A DNA stretch of 64,000 bases from Bugula neritina (Eukaryota; Animalia; Bryozoa). The stretch spans positions 24,709,319 through 24,773,318 of the forward strand of contig OZ037768.1 of assembly GCA_964035545.1 (NCBI GenBank). Direction: 5' to 3'. The translations under genes were made by a program, and so were the position numbers. Within the stretch, counting starts at the first letter, position 1. Every line of letters begins with the position of its first letter. The notes beneath the pieces were generated by a model. It was not told where the DNA came from. It did not search any database and saw nothing but the letters and a program-made list of their open reading frames with translations. This document shows, piece after piece, positions 39,001-49,938 of this stretch.

Positions 39001-42000
39001 AACAGAGTAATATGTATGTCTATTATTACTAACAGAATAATATATATGTCTATTATTAGTAACAGAGTAATATACGTGTCTATAATTAGTAATATAGTAA
39101 TATATGTGTCTATTATTAGTAACAGAGTAATATATATGTCTATTATTACTAACAGAATAATATATATGTCTATTATTAGTAACAGAGTGATATATGTGTC
39201 TATTATTAGTAACAGAGTGATATATGTGTCTATTATTAGTAACAGAGTAATATATGTGTCTATTATTAGTAACAAAGTAATATATGTGTGTCTATTATTA
39301 GTAACAGAGTGATATATGTGTCTATTATTAGTAACAGAGTAATATATGTGTCTATTATTAGTAACAGAGTAATATATGTGTGTCTATTATTAGTAACAGA
39401 GTAATATATGTGTCTATTATTAGTAACAGAGTAATATATGTGTCTATTATTAGTAACAGAGTAATATATGTGTCTGCAGGTGATTTTCCAGTCACTGCCT
39501 GACAACATGCTGTGTGGAGAAATCGTCAGAGTCCCTGTGAAACTCACTAACGTTGGATCTGTAGCCCTGAGCAGACTACATGTTACCTGCAATGAGCCGC
39601 AGATGGTCACTTTCTCAGAATATACTGATGTGCAGGACTATTCTCCTTTCTCTAGGTATTCTGTTAGCTAGCTCAGTGACATAACAGTAAGTGAGTAGTG
39701 AGTAGGGAGTACAGAGTGAGTAGTGAGTACAGACTGAGTAGTGAGTACAGAGTGAGTACTGAGTAGTGAGTACAGAGTGAGTAGTCAGTACTGAGTAGTG
39801 AGTACAGAGTGAGTACTGAATAGTCAGTAGTGAGTACTAAGTAGTGAGTAGTGAGTACAGAGTGAGTAGTCAGTAGTGAGTAGTCAGTAGTGAGTAGGGA
39901 GTACAGAGTGAGTAGTCAGTAGGGAGTACAGACTGAGTAGTCAGTGGTGAGTACTGAGTACAGACAGAGTGAGTAGTGAGTACAGAGTGAGTAGGGAGTA
40001 GTGAGTACAGAGTGAGTAGTCAGTAGTGAGTACAGAGTGAGTAGTCAGTAGTGAGTAGTGAGTACTGAGTAGTGAGTAGTGAGTGATATAGTATCACACA
40101 TACCTCCAGGAAAGTGATCGCACTAGACACTCGAGTTGCCACACTCTCACCTGCCGATTCACTGGATGTCGAGCTGTGGATCCGGGCAGAAGATATTCCG
40201 ATGAGCAAACCTCTCAACTTCCTGTTTTATTATGAGTTGGCAGATGATTCTACGGGAACGAAAATAAGGTATATACTGTGATATGTACTATGATATATAC
40301 TATGATATGTACTATGATATGTACTATGATATGTACTATGATATGTACTATGATATATACTGTGATATATACTATGATATGTACTATGATATATACTATG
40401 TTATGTACTATGATATGTACTATGATATGTACTATGATATATACTATGATATATACTATGATATATACTGTGATATATAATATGTTATGTACTATGATAT
40501 ATACTATGATATGTACTATGATATACTATGATATGTACTATGATATATACTATGATATATACTATGATATGTACTATGATATGTACTATGATATATACTA
40601 TGATATATACTATGATATGTACTATGATATATACTATGATATGTACTATGATATGTACTATGATATGTACTACGACTGTATGACATGTGTAATGGCTGCA
40701 GGCACAGGTGTAGTAGATACAGTTTTGTCATAACCACCACTTCCGGTCTCACCACTCAGTGTAACACTCACATTAGAGCAGTTAAAGACGCGACACACCT
40801 GGGGAGTTATCTCTCCTCTATACTAGTACACAACTGTTTGAAGGTATTCCCATTCTATCTTATAATATACAGTGGATTTATAGCTATGTTGTTGTTATTG
40901 TGGTGGTATGTTGTTGTTAATGTGGTGGTATGTTGTTGTTGATGTGGTGGTATGTTGTTGTTATTGTGGTGGTGTGTTGTTGTTAATGTGGAGGGTTATG
41001 TTGCTGTGGCACTATTGTAGCCATCTAACGAAGCTGCCACTGAGTTTGCTGTCACAGACATATTATGTAAGAGCAGCGGATGGCGGGTGACGTCACTCAG
41101 CTCTGAGTCACCTTCCAATGTCCGAGTCAACCAATCAGAAGTGGCGCTCCTCAATGTCTACCTCATGCAGCTACACGAGGATAAAACACAGTGTCTTAGT
41201 CGGGTACATCTCAACTCCGAACAGGTGAGGAAAGTAGCACAACCAGTGTGACACGGTGCACTGGGCATGCTCGGTGAAGTACCGGGACAGACACGGTGCA
41301 CGGGGCATACTTGGCTCAACTTTATGATGACTGAACGTAGAAAACAATTATATTTCATTCAACTGGTCGGATTCAGATATTTTTATAAAACGAGTTTGAT
41401 GTTTGTTTTGGAAAATTAAATGAATGATTAGATGTTGGGGTTGTTCTGCTAGCCTATTGGTGGTTTGTGTGGCCTTGACCTCAATGGTTTAGTATTGTAC
41501 AGGTTGCCATGGGCGACGAGATTGTTGACAGCTTCCTGTCCGTACCCTTTGTCCAATCAGAGCAGCCCCCTGCTGGAGAGGGAGACCAATCAGATCCTTG
41601 CGTGGCTGTAGTCGGTGTAGTGTGGAAGGTGAGTGTGTTCTATACAGTGTACGTACATGTTCTATACAGTGTACGTACATGTTCTATACAGTGTACATAC
41701 ATGTTCTATACAGTGTACATACATGTTCTATACAGTGTACATGCATGTTCTATACAGTATACATACATGTTCTATACAGTGTACATACATGTTCTATACA
41801 GTGTACATGCATGTTCTATACAGTATACATACATGTTCTATACAGTGTACATACATGTTCTATACAGTGTACATACATGTTCTATACAGTGTACATACAT
41901 GTTCTATACAGTGTACATACATGTTCTATACAGTATACATACATGTTCTATACAGTGTACATACATGTTCTATACAGTGTACATACATGTTCTATACAGT

Positions 42001-44797
42001 GTACATGCATGTTCTATACAGTATACATACATGTTCTATACAGTGTACGTACATGTTCTATACAGTATACGTACATGTTCTATACAGTGTACATACATGT
42101 TCTATACAGTGTACATACATGTTCTATACAGTGTACATGCATGTTCTATACAGTATACATACATACATGTTCTATACACTATACATACATGTTCTATACA
42201 CTGTACATACATGTTCTATACACTGTACACACATGTTCTATACAGTATACATACATGTTCTATACAGTGTACATGCATGTTCTATACAGTATACATACAT
42301 GTTCTATACAGTGTACATACAAGTTCTATACAGTGTACATACATGTTCTATACAGTATACATACATGTTCTATACAGTGTACATACATGTTCTATACAGT
42401 GTACATACAAGTTCTATACAGTGTACATACATGTTCTATACAGTATACATACATGTTCTATACAGTATACATACAAGTTCTATACACTATACATACAAGT
42501 TCTATACAGTGTACGTACATGTTCTATACAGTGTACATACATGTTCTATACAGTGTACATACATGTTCTATACAGTATACGCACATGTTCTATACAGTAT
42601 ACATACAAGTTCTATACAGTGTACATACATGTTCTATGCTACAGTGTATGCACTATGTTACTTCCTTTCAGAGATTTAGAATGGATGTAAATGGAATCAC
42701 TACACAGTCTGCAGGACTCCATTGTCTGCCCATATTAACTATGAGTGAAGAAGTAGAAACCAGGGCAGGGAGATCTCCAGTTAGTTGAGCATATCTAGTA
42801 TCACTCAGTACTATACAGAGTATCACTCAGTACTATACAGTATCACTCAGTACTATACAGTATCACTCAGTACTATACAGAGTATCACTCAGTACTATAC
42901 ACAGTATCACTCAGTACTATACAGAGTATCACTCAGTACTATACAGAGTATCACTCAGTACTATACAGTATCACTCAGTACTATACAGTATCACTCAGTA
43001 CTATACACAGTATCACTCAGTACTATACAGAGTATGACTCAGTACTATACAGTATCACTCAGTACTATACACAGTATCACTCAGTACTATACAGTATCAC
43101 TCAGTACTATACAGAGTATCACTCAGTACTATACACAGTATCACTCAGTACTATACAGTATCACTCAGTACTATACAGTATCACTCAGTACTATACAGTA
43201 TCACTCAGTACTATACAGAGTATCACTCAGTACTCCACAGTATCACTCAGTACTATACAGTATCACTCAGTACTATACAGAGTATCACTCAGTACTATAC
43301 AGTATCACTCAGTACTATACAGAGTATCACTCAGTACTATACAGTATCACTCAGTACTATACACAGTATCACTCAGTACTCCACAGTATCACTCAGTACT
43401 ATACAGAGTATCACTCAGTACTATACACAGTATCACTCAGTACTATACAGTATCACTCAGTACTATACAAAGTATCACTCAGTACTATACAGTATCACTC
43501 AGTACTATACACAGTATCACTCAGTACTATACAGTATCACTCAGTACTATACACAGTATCACTCAGTACTATACAGAGTATCACTCAGTACTATACACAG
43601 TATCACTCAGTACTATACACAGTATCACTCAGTACTGTACAGAGTATCACTTTCTGTAGAGTTTCAACAACCAATTCGCTGTGCTGGAGATACCAAGAAG
43701 GCCGACCTACACGGAGTTAGCAGCACCCACACAGCGTGCTGACTGCAGAGTGGAGTATCAGCTGCTGTATGAGTCACATTTCATGGTTGACTTGTCCAAA
43801 CACAGGCAAGTCAACACAGTTTATATACTGAGAGAAAGTCTATACCGTCTTGTAGCTATTTCCTGCTATTTGCTTCTCCTTCTTGAGTAAATCTAATACC
43901 AGATTCACTTTTTACAGAGTCTGTGTGTTTCCGGTAAAACTGGTGCTCAAATCTTACTCCAACGTAGATGTTGAGGTCTGCGTTCAACACCAGAAGTAAG
44001 TTACACCACATTATGGTACAGCTGATACATTATACTACTGTATTACAGCTGATACATTATACTACTGTATTACAGCTGATACATTATACTACTGTATTAC
44101 AGCTGATACATTATACTACTGTATTACAGCTGATACATTATACTACTGTATTACAGCTGATACATTATACTACTGTATTACAGCTGATACATTATACTAC
44201 TGTATTACAGCTGATACATTATACTACTGTATTACAGCTGATACATTATACTACTGTATTACAGCTGATACATTATACTACTGTATTACAGCTGATACAT
44301 TATACTACTGTATTACAGCTGATACATTATACTACTGTATTACAGCTGATACATTATACTACTGTATTACAGCTGATACATTATACTACTGTATTACAGC
44401 TGATACATTATACTACTGTATTACAGCTGATACATTATACTACTGTATTACAGTTGATACATTATACTACTGTATTACAGCTGATACATTATACTACTGT
44501 ATTACAGCTGATACATTATACTACTGTATTACAGCTGATACATTATACTACTGTATTACAGCTGATACATTATACTGCAGTCTGTTATGTTGTAGTGTTG
44601 ATGGACTCATGTGGTCAGGTAAAACCTGTAGCAAGGTTAGAATAGCTCCGTATCAGGAGACCTCTATACACATGACAGTTACCATCCTCAGATACGGAGT
44701 GTATGACCTCAACTCTCTGGCTGTCACTGCGCTAGACAACACGTTTGTCAGACATCATGCCTCAGTGCCACATCTCCTTATAGTGGAGAAAGGATAA
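27098..44797 (+). CDS. TRAPPC8: Trafficking protein particle complex subunit 8 (TRS85), ~1288 aa, 25 exons
   Basis: Exons 27098-27254, 27419-27530, 29122-29198, 29813-29982, 31035-31129, 31457-31610, 31823-32095, 32250-32332, 32872-33025, 33604-33810, 34602-34805, 35205-35354, 36100-36361, 36865-36986, 37950-38018, 38261-38497, 39480-39655, 40110-40268, 40702-40843, 41021-41224, 41503-41628, 42672-42779, 43660-43805, 43918-43995, 44596-44797 (3867 nt). Motifs MAQC..SAQAFVRDAF, KNHLSFVELLLPF, TPWFEEYR, SDHEFLRHY, PEMQLRRLGDLCFM, RKFAFYMVLAGHRYSK and RGPRLNNT are TRAPPC8-specific. Confidence 0.96.
27572..29083. repeat. TRAPPC8 intron 2 minisatellite, 19-bp CTCAGTATCACTCTCACT(A/G)
   Basis: About 80 units. 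Confidence 0.95.
29213..29810. repeat. TRAPPC8 intron 3 AT-rich minisatellite (TATATTATATTATGTTATACTATATTGTAC-like)
   Basis: Runs into the acceptor ACTATAG. Confidence 0.9.
29980..31014. repeat. TRAPPC8 intron 4: three arrays, a ~31-bp donor-containing CAG|GTTAGTGTGTATAACACAGTACTAACTA (29980-30413), a 19-bp array (30590-30708) and a 20-bp array (30820-31014)
   Basis: Tandem units visible. Confidence 0.9.
31170..31815. repeat. TRAPPC8 intron 5 (23-bp TACTACTAGTAGTTAGTATACAG, 31170-31447) and intron 6 (~44-bp unit x4, 31625-31815) minisatellites
   Basis: Tandem units; exon 6 lies between them. Confidence 0.85.
32365..32876. repeat. TRAPPC8 intron 8 minisatellite, 31-bp unit containing the acceptor TGTAG|AGGTT
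   Basis: The last unit forms the true acceptor at 32871. Confidence 0.95.
33039..33600. repeat. TRAPPC8 intron 9 minisatellite, 19-22-bp GATGATGTCACAGTAGTAGT(AGT)
   Basis: Runs directly into the acceptor GATGCAG. Confidence 0.95.
33850..34598. repeat. TRAPPC8 intron 10 minisatellite, 30-bp ATGTATTACTAGACTATATTATACTATAG(C/T)
   Basis: Highly homogeneous units. Confidence 0.95.
34815..35200. repeat. TRAPPC8 intron 11 minisatellite, 15-bp GTATGATACTATACC (near-perfect)
   Basis: Fills the whole intron. Confidence 0.95.
35331..36080 (+). repeat. TRAPPC8 intron 12: 30-bp unit copying the exon-12 end plus donor (AGAGAATGTCTGCAGATATACCAG|GTGAGT), ~24 units
   Basis: 14 units carry CAG|GTGAGT and 2 carry CAG|GTGGGT. 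Confidence 0.95.
36375..37928. repeat. TRAPPC8 intron 13 (21-bp GTAACTATACAGTTGTACTAT, 36375-36857) and intron 14 (~29-33-bp TAGTTGTATATACTCACTAC(TA)n, 37003-37928) minisatellites
   Basis: Tandem units either side of exon 14. Confidence 0.9.
38016..39473. repeat. TRAPPC8 intron 15 (31-bp donor-containing TGG|GTGAGTTTGTTATACTCCCTGTGATTGG, 38016-38235) and intron 16 (30-bp GTCTATTATTAGTAACAGAGTAATATATGT, 38505-39473) minisatellites
   Basis: Tandem units either side of exon 16. Confidence 0.9.
39690..40672. repeat. TRAPPC8 intron 17 (GAGTAGTGAGTACAGAGT mosaic, 39690-40085) and intron 18 (12-bp TACTATGATAT(G/A), 40272-40672) minisatellites
   Basis: Tandem units either side of exon 18. Confidence 0.9.
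41636..43650. repeat. TRAPPC8 intron 21 (22-bp GTTCTATACAGTGTACATACAT, 41636-42635) and intron 22 (20/22-bp CAGTATCACTCAGTACTATA, 42798-43650) minisatellites
   Basis: Tandem units either side of exon 22. Confidence 0.95.
43806..43917 (+). other. GC-AG intron (TRAPPC8 intron 23)
   Basis: Donor CAG|GCAAGT and acceptor TTTTACAG|; phase 2 joins ...SKHR-VCVFPVKLVL, matching the TRAPPC8 C-terminal H..SLCLVPVTL motif. Confidence 0.8.
44018..44576. repeat. TRAPPC8 intron 24 minisatellite, 27-bp ACAGCTGATACATTATACTACTGTATT (near-perfect)
   Basis: About 20 units. Confidence 0.95.
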
Positions 44798-44832
44798 CTC
44801 CTAATATATGCAATAGTTGTTTTCTCATGAGA

Positions 44833-44871
44833 AATAAAGTTAATTGACGAGTCTTTTCTTATATATTTATT
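44833..44871. terminator. opposed polyadenylation signals of TRAPPC8 (+, AATAAA 44833-44838) and TOMM7 (-, TTTATT 44866-44871)
   Basis: Canonical hexamers on opposite strands between the two stop codons. Confidence 0.55.
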
Positions 44872-45060
44872 ATCACAAAACCAGATATTTATATACAATA
44901 CATGATAATTTCATACAGTACAAGATGTATTTACATTTGGTTTCGGTTGAGTGAACGTAGTGAAATACAAGTAGAACTTCACTGCGGGTTTTGTGAAATG
45001 ATGTTTCAGGCGTTACTTGTGAGGGTGAAATTGTGCTGCGTACAAGTCTTCATTTCCTTT

Positions 45061-45697
45061 CTAACCAGTCGGCATAAATACACTGCAATTAATAGAATTG
45101 TGATCATACATTAGCATGTGAAGGTAAAATAGCAGGTGATGGTAGAACAGCAAGTGATGGTAGAACAGCATGTGAAGGTAGAATAGCATCACTTACTCTA
45201 TGAGTGTAGGGTCTGGCATACCCTCTGATCCACCCTTTCTTATTCCTGCAAAAATTCATTATTTTGGTAAAAAGCCACCATGAGCTCACAGATGGTACTG
45301 GTGAGTACAGAGGCATACCAACTCAGTTAGATGGGAACACAAGCTAAACTAGCTCCAACACATGCAACATACAATAAATATATGGGGTAATAGTTGTTTG
45401 CATTTGCAAACTTGTATTATAATTGAAGTTATTGATGGAATAAATGGATATATACTAATCCTTCCAACAATAAAGAATTAATGATACATTAAGATGACGA
45501 ATATTTAAATCTGAAGTCAAGAGTTTTAATACTTTACTAAAAACTTCAACTAAAATGTAAAACTTACCCAAATAAATAACAGTTGGTAAAAAGCCCCAAT
45601 GAAACACAAACTTTGCAAAACTGGCAACAGTGTATACCCTAGACTTCATTCCACTCAGTTCATCATGAGCAGGCTTGGGCATACCAATTGACTGCAT
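45061..45697 (-). CDS. TOMM7: Mitochondrial import receptor subunit TOM7, ~61-66 aa
   Basis: Minus exons 45697-45568 (MQSIGMPKPAHDELSGMKSRVYTVASFAKFVFHWGFLPTVIYLG), 45245-45197 (IRKGGSEGMPDPTLI) and 45082-45061 (DVFMPTG*). The WGFIPxVIYLG..G...GMPEPT signature is present. The start ATG is uncertain (45697 or 45682). Confidence 0.92.
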
Positions 45698-47233
45698 AGT
45701 GTCAGTGATGGAGTAAACAGCAATTCAAAACAATCACTACCTAGAAATTACATTAACTTGAAGGAACAAAATAATTATTAAAACAATGGTGATCATAATT
45801 CCATTCTACAAAATATTATTAGTACATGTAACATAGGCTCACTATACTTTTTACACTGATATAATAAAACAATAAAAATATAACAATCATAATGACAGTG
45901 CCATGCTACCCGAACAGGACAAAGTGGAGATAGGTGAGAATCATAATGACAGTGCCTTACACAGCTAGCAAACCAGTGACTACAAGGCTAAGTAACACTA
46001 ACAGTAACTGTAAATGAGTGCATTAGGTGAGTGCATTAAGTGAGTGCAGCAAGCCTGGTTACCGTGATTACTAACCTACAGCAATGGTTACTTACTCTTA
46101 GGCTTAAAGTAGTCATCGTCATATTATTTAATTTACAGTTAGTTTAGTAGAAATATTAAATTTGGTTATTTTTTATACTATTAACTTTCAAGTGACTAAC
46201 TTTATAGCTTACAATAAATAATATGATCATAGATATTAATAGTAATACCATGATTATCATCACCATTATTATTCGTAATCACATTACTACAACTATAGTT
46301 ATTACTATAACTATAAGTATTACTATTATTACTACTAATGGTATTAATATTACTAAGTACTAGTACGGATACTACTACCAGCACTACTACTACTACTAGT
46401 ACTATAACTATAAGTATAACTATAACTAAAAGCATAACTATAAGTATTACTGTAAGTGTATTACTATTAGTATAACTGTAACTAAACTTTAACTATAACT
46501 ATAAGTATAAGTAATACTAATACTAATACCTGTCGATACCTGTCGATGTTATTTCCACACTGGACCTTACTAGAGGGAAGAAGGGGTGTGCCTCATATAA
46601 AAAAAAACTAAGTTGTAATACTGATAGTTAATGTTATACTTAAATAGATAGAAAAAGAATAAGTATAACAAATTGAAATTGAAATAGTAAAACTCAGACT
46701 AGATGGAATATTTATATCAACAGTAATGAGTAAGAGTAGTACTTACTGTACTGTAAGTATAACATTAACTATAACTGTATAAGTATAACATTAGTCATTA
46801 TGATTATCATTATGATTATGATTGTGATTAACTTCAACTATAATTATAACGTGAACAGCTATTTTTGAGTTTAAGTTTAGCATAAACTATAGTATAACTA
46901 TAAGTATAAGGCTAAGCTGTAAGCATACTAATAGTAATACTGATACTCATAGTCATACTCATAGTCATACTCATAGTGATACTCATAGTGATACTGATAG
47001 TGATAGTCCTACTGATACTCATACTGATAGTGATACTGCATAAGCAAATTTAAATATAGCCTACAATAATTATAAATATAATTTCAACTTCTTAGATTGA
47101 AGATGAACTTGATAAAGGTTAGGATATAAAATTAAATATATGTTAAAGTTTAACTACAATAAGCAATTTAAGTTTAAGTTTAACAATATGCATAACTAAC
47201 TTGCTTAATGCGTGGGTAATCGAACTTATAAAA

Positions 47234-47363
47234 GAAATCGCTAGATACAGCACAAATTCTGGAATCACCGAATGCAGTGTTCGCATATAATGATTGTCCA
47301 AATTCTAAGACTCCCATGACTGTTTCTAGTTATTCCCAACTTTGTGCTGCATCAAGCGCTTTC
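47234..47363. repeat. ~130-bp imperfect palindrome (MITE-like foldback)
   Basis: GAAATCGCTAGATACAGCACAAATTCTGGAATCAC versus reverse complement of right arm GAAAGCGCTTGATGCAGCACAAAGTTGGGAATAAC. Confidence 0.65.
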
Positions 47364-48632
47364 ACATATTGTAAAGTATAAGAAATATTTATTATCATTG
47401 CCTGAATAAGAATTTGTATACACATGCAGCATATTATGTAGTCTGCATTGTAGATAAGAATAATAAAATTAATGACCTTGTTATTAATAATTGAAAAGAT
47501 TTATGTTTGCCTGTATTGGAACAAACTTTAACAAGGGTTAATTAGTAGTTTTATGATGCATGAATTTTAAAATTGGAGTTGTTGTCTTTTCTTCAAACAA
47601 GTATTCTAGATTTTTATTGCTAGTTTTAAAAACAAAACAAAAGAGACAAAAAATTAATTTAAACTTTTTTTATTATACAAAATTGAATTTACTAACTTTC
47701 CATCAACACAGTGTACGCTTTTAATTAACTCGATCGGTGAAAAAACCCAGGTAATGCCGTACGCTCGGGCGAAAGATAGGGAATTTTGTATCGTAGTTTT
47801 TATCGTAAATTAAATTTAATGCAATATTCTTATTATTATTAGTATTACTATTAGTATTACATTTACTATTACTATTACATTTACCACTAGTATTTGTAAT
47901 AATTCTATCAATGTAATTTTGAAATTTTAATTTAAATCAATAATACTTATATTAGTATAAGTATTAATTTTAAATATCGATGTGGATAATATTAATTATT
48001 TAATATAAATAAGTATCACTATTAACTATCAGTATTACTGTATTAGTATTAAGTTTAACCTTTCTTATCATGTCTATGACCATTGTCCATTGGGCACAGG
48101 ATAGGCCTATGACTATCAGTTTCAGTACCACGATGATGATGATGATGAGTATCATTATCGCCTATCACCATCACTATCAGACTCAGTATGATTATGAGTA
48201 TAACACTATAACTATAAGATAAAGGTTATCATTATGTAAGTAATACTAATACTAATACTAATAATATAAACATCAGTATTAAACTTAATAGTAAACTACA
48301 GGTATGACATTAATATTGTAATTAAACCGAAATATTAAACTCAAATATGTTATACTTATTGTTAGAAACATTTTAATATTTATATTGCAATTTTGCTATT
48401 ACTATTAGTATTAGTATTAATATTAGACTAGTATTAGTATTACTAGTAGTTTAGTTAGTCTTAATCTTATGACTATGAGGATGACTTATGAGTCATGAGA
48501 GGTATGACTATGACTTTCACTATCAGTATAAGTATCGCGCTATCAAATTACTAAATTCAATATCATGCTGAAGGTTGGAGAGAATGTAATAGCTCACACT
48601 CATTGTGATTGTGATAATCATATTTCTACTTA

Positions 48633-49136
48633 GGTTTCATCTCAGATAGACGCTTTCCAGTTAAACACATCCCACTTAGACGCTTCTCAGTTAGACACTA
48701 TTTTTTATTTTGGTACAGCATATATAGTAATAGACCTTTATATACTTATATAACTGCTGTATTGACTGCTACACAAGAAATAAAAGGTAATACGAGTTAT
48801 CTGGTATAATATTTCAATTTTACGAATTTGCGTGAGACAAAAAAAACAGTAATACATTAGTAATAGACACTGTCTTTAATGAATACTTATTGTATTAATA
48901 AAATGTTTTTTCAAACAACAAGAAGTATAGAAAATGCAAAATTAATAAGTTGATGCAGATCATTATGTGTGTTGTTAGTGGCTTTTTGCTACCTATTAAG
49001 TGCTAAATAGCTAGCAATTAATTCAAATTTATTTATATATACACATATTTCAATAACATTCAAATAAATTGTACATAAAATATGTATATTGTACCAAAAT
49101 AAATAAATAGCATCCAACTGGGAAGCATTTAACTGA
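48633..49136. mobile_element. degenerate MITE-like element with long TIRs
   Basis: Left GCTTCTCAGTTAGACACTATTTTTTATTTTGGTACA (with short CAGTTAGAC-like subrepeats) is inverted in right TGTACCAAAATAAATAAATAGCATCCAACTGGGAAGC. No TSD identified. Confidence 0.55.
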
Positions 49137-49938
49137 AATTATGCTTATACTTATACAGTCATAGTCATGGTGATAAGTGTAAGGTAGTGATTGTTATTGG
49201 TAATATTGCTTGATTTGGATTGATGAAATTAAATAAAAATAATAATAAGTTATGGAAATAGTAATCATTATGATTATTATGATAACTGTACTCACAACTG
49301 CCATAAGGGGTCATATAGCTAAGCACAGTGACAATGGCAAGGTTGATCTAAATGTTATACTTATTGTTCTTACAAGTATTATTATTATAAATCTTAAATT
49401 AAAGTGTAATTAATAATAATGATTGATTTCGAAATGATGTTAATAATATTTAGCAGCAATATAATATTTATCGATGAATTATTTTTAATAATAACATTAA
49501 ACTTAATTTTGTTATCATTATGCCCGTAACTCTTAGTCTTATGACTTATGAGTCTTCTTGTACTAGACTAATACCCAGTCTTATGAAATTAATTCATAGA
49601 ATGAAATTTTTGTTTCAAGTTAAAGTTGTTAAATAATCATCGTATTCACAAATTTATTATTTTGAGCTCTTGGTTTTATCTTTTCTATAGTTGTAGTTGT
49701 ATATCTATACTACTTTTACCTTCATCTTGTTCTCACTTGAAAAATTTAAAGTTTAACTTTTTGTTTTTGGTATTGTTAATTCACTAATATTAATTTTACA
49801 AGATAATAGATTTTGTGTAATTTTGAATTTTGATAGGTATGCGGGTTAACTCGATTGAGCAATGGCTTGTAGCTATCATAATATTAACTGATAATGATGA
49901 GTCACTGTTACAGGTCCACCATATACTTTGCTTGTCTA

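Noticed and set aside
41503-41517. X-box-like GTTGCCATGGGCGAC
   Set aside because: Lies in a TRAPPC8 coding exon (VAMGD); most simply explained by codons.
33850-44576. Regular 27-31-bp repeats resembling CRISPR arrays
   Set aside because: Units are head-to-tail with no unique spacers, no cas genes, and the context is eukaryotic introns.
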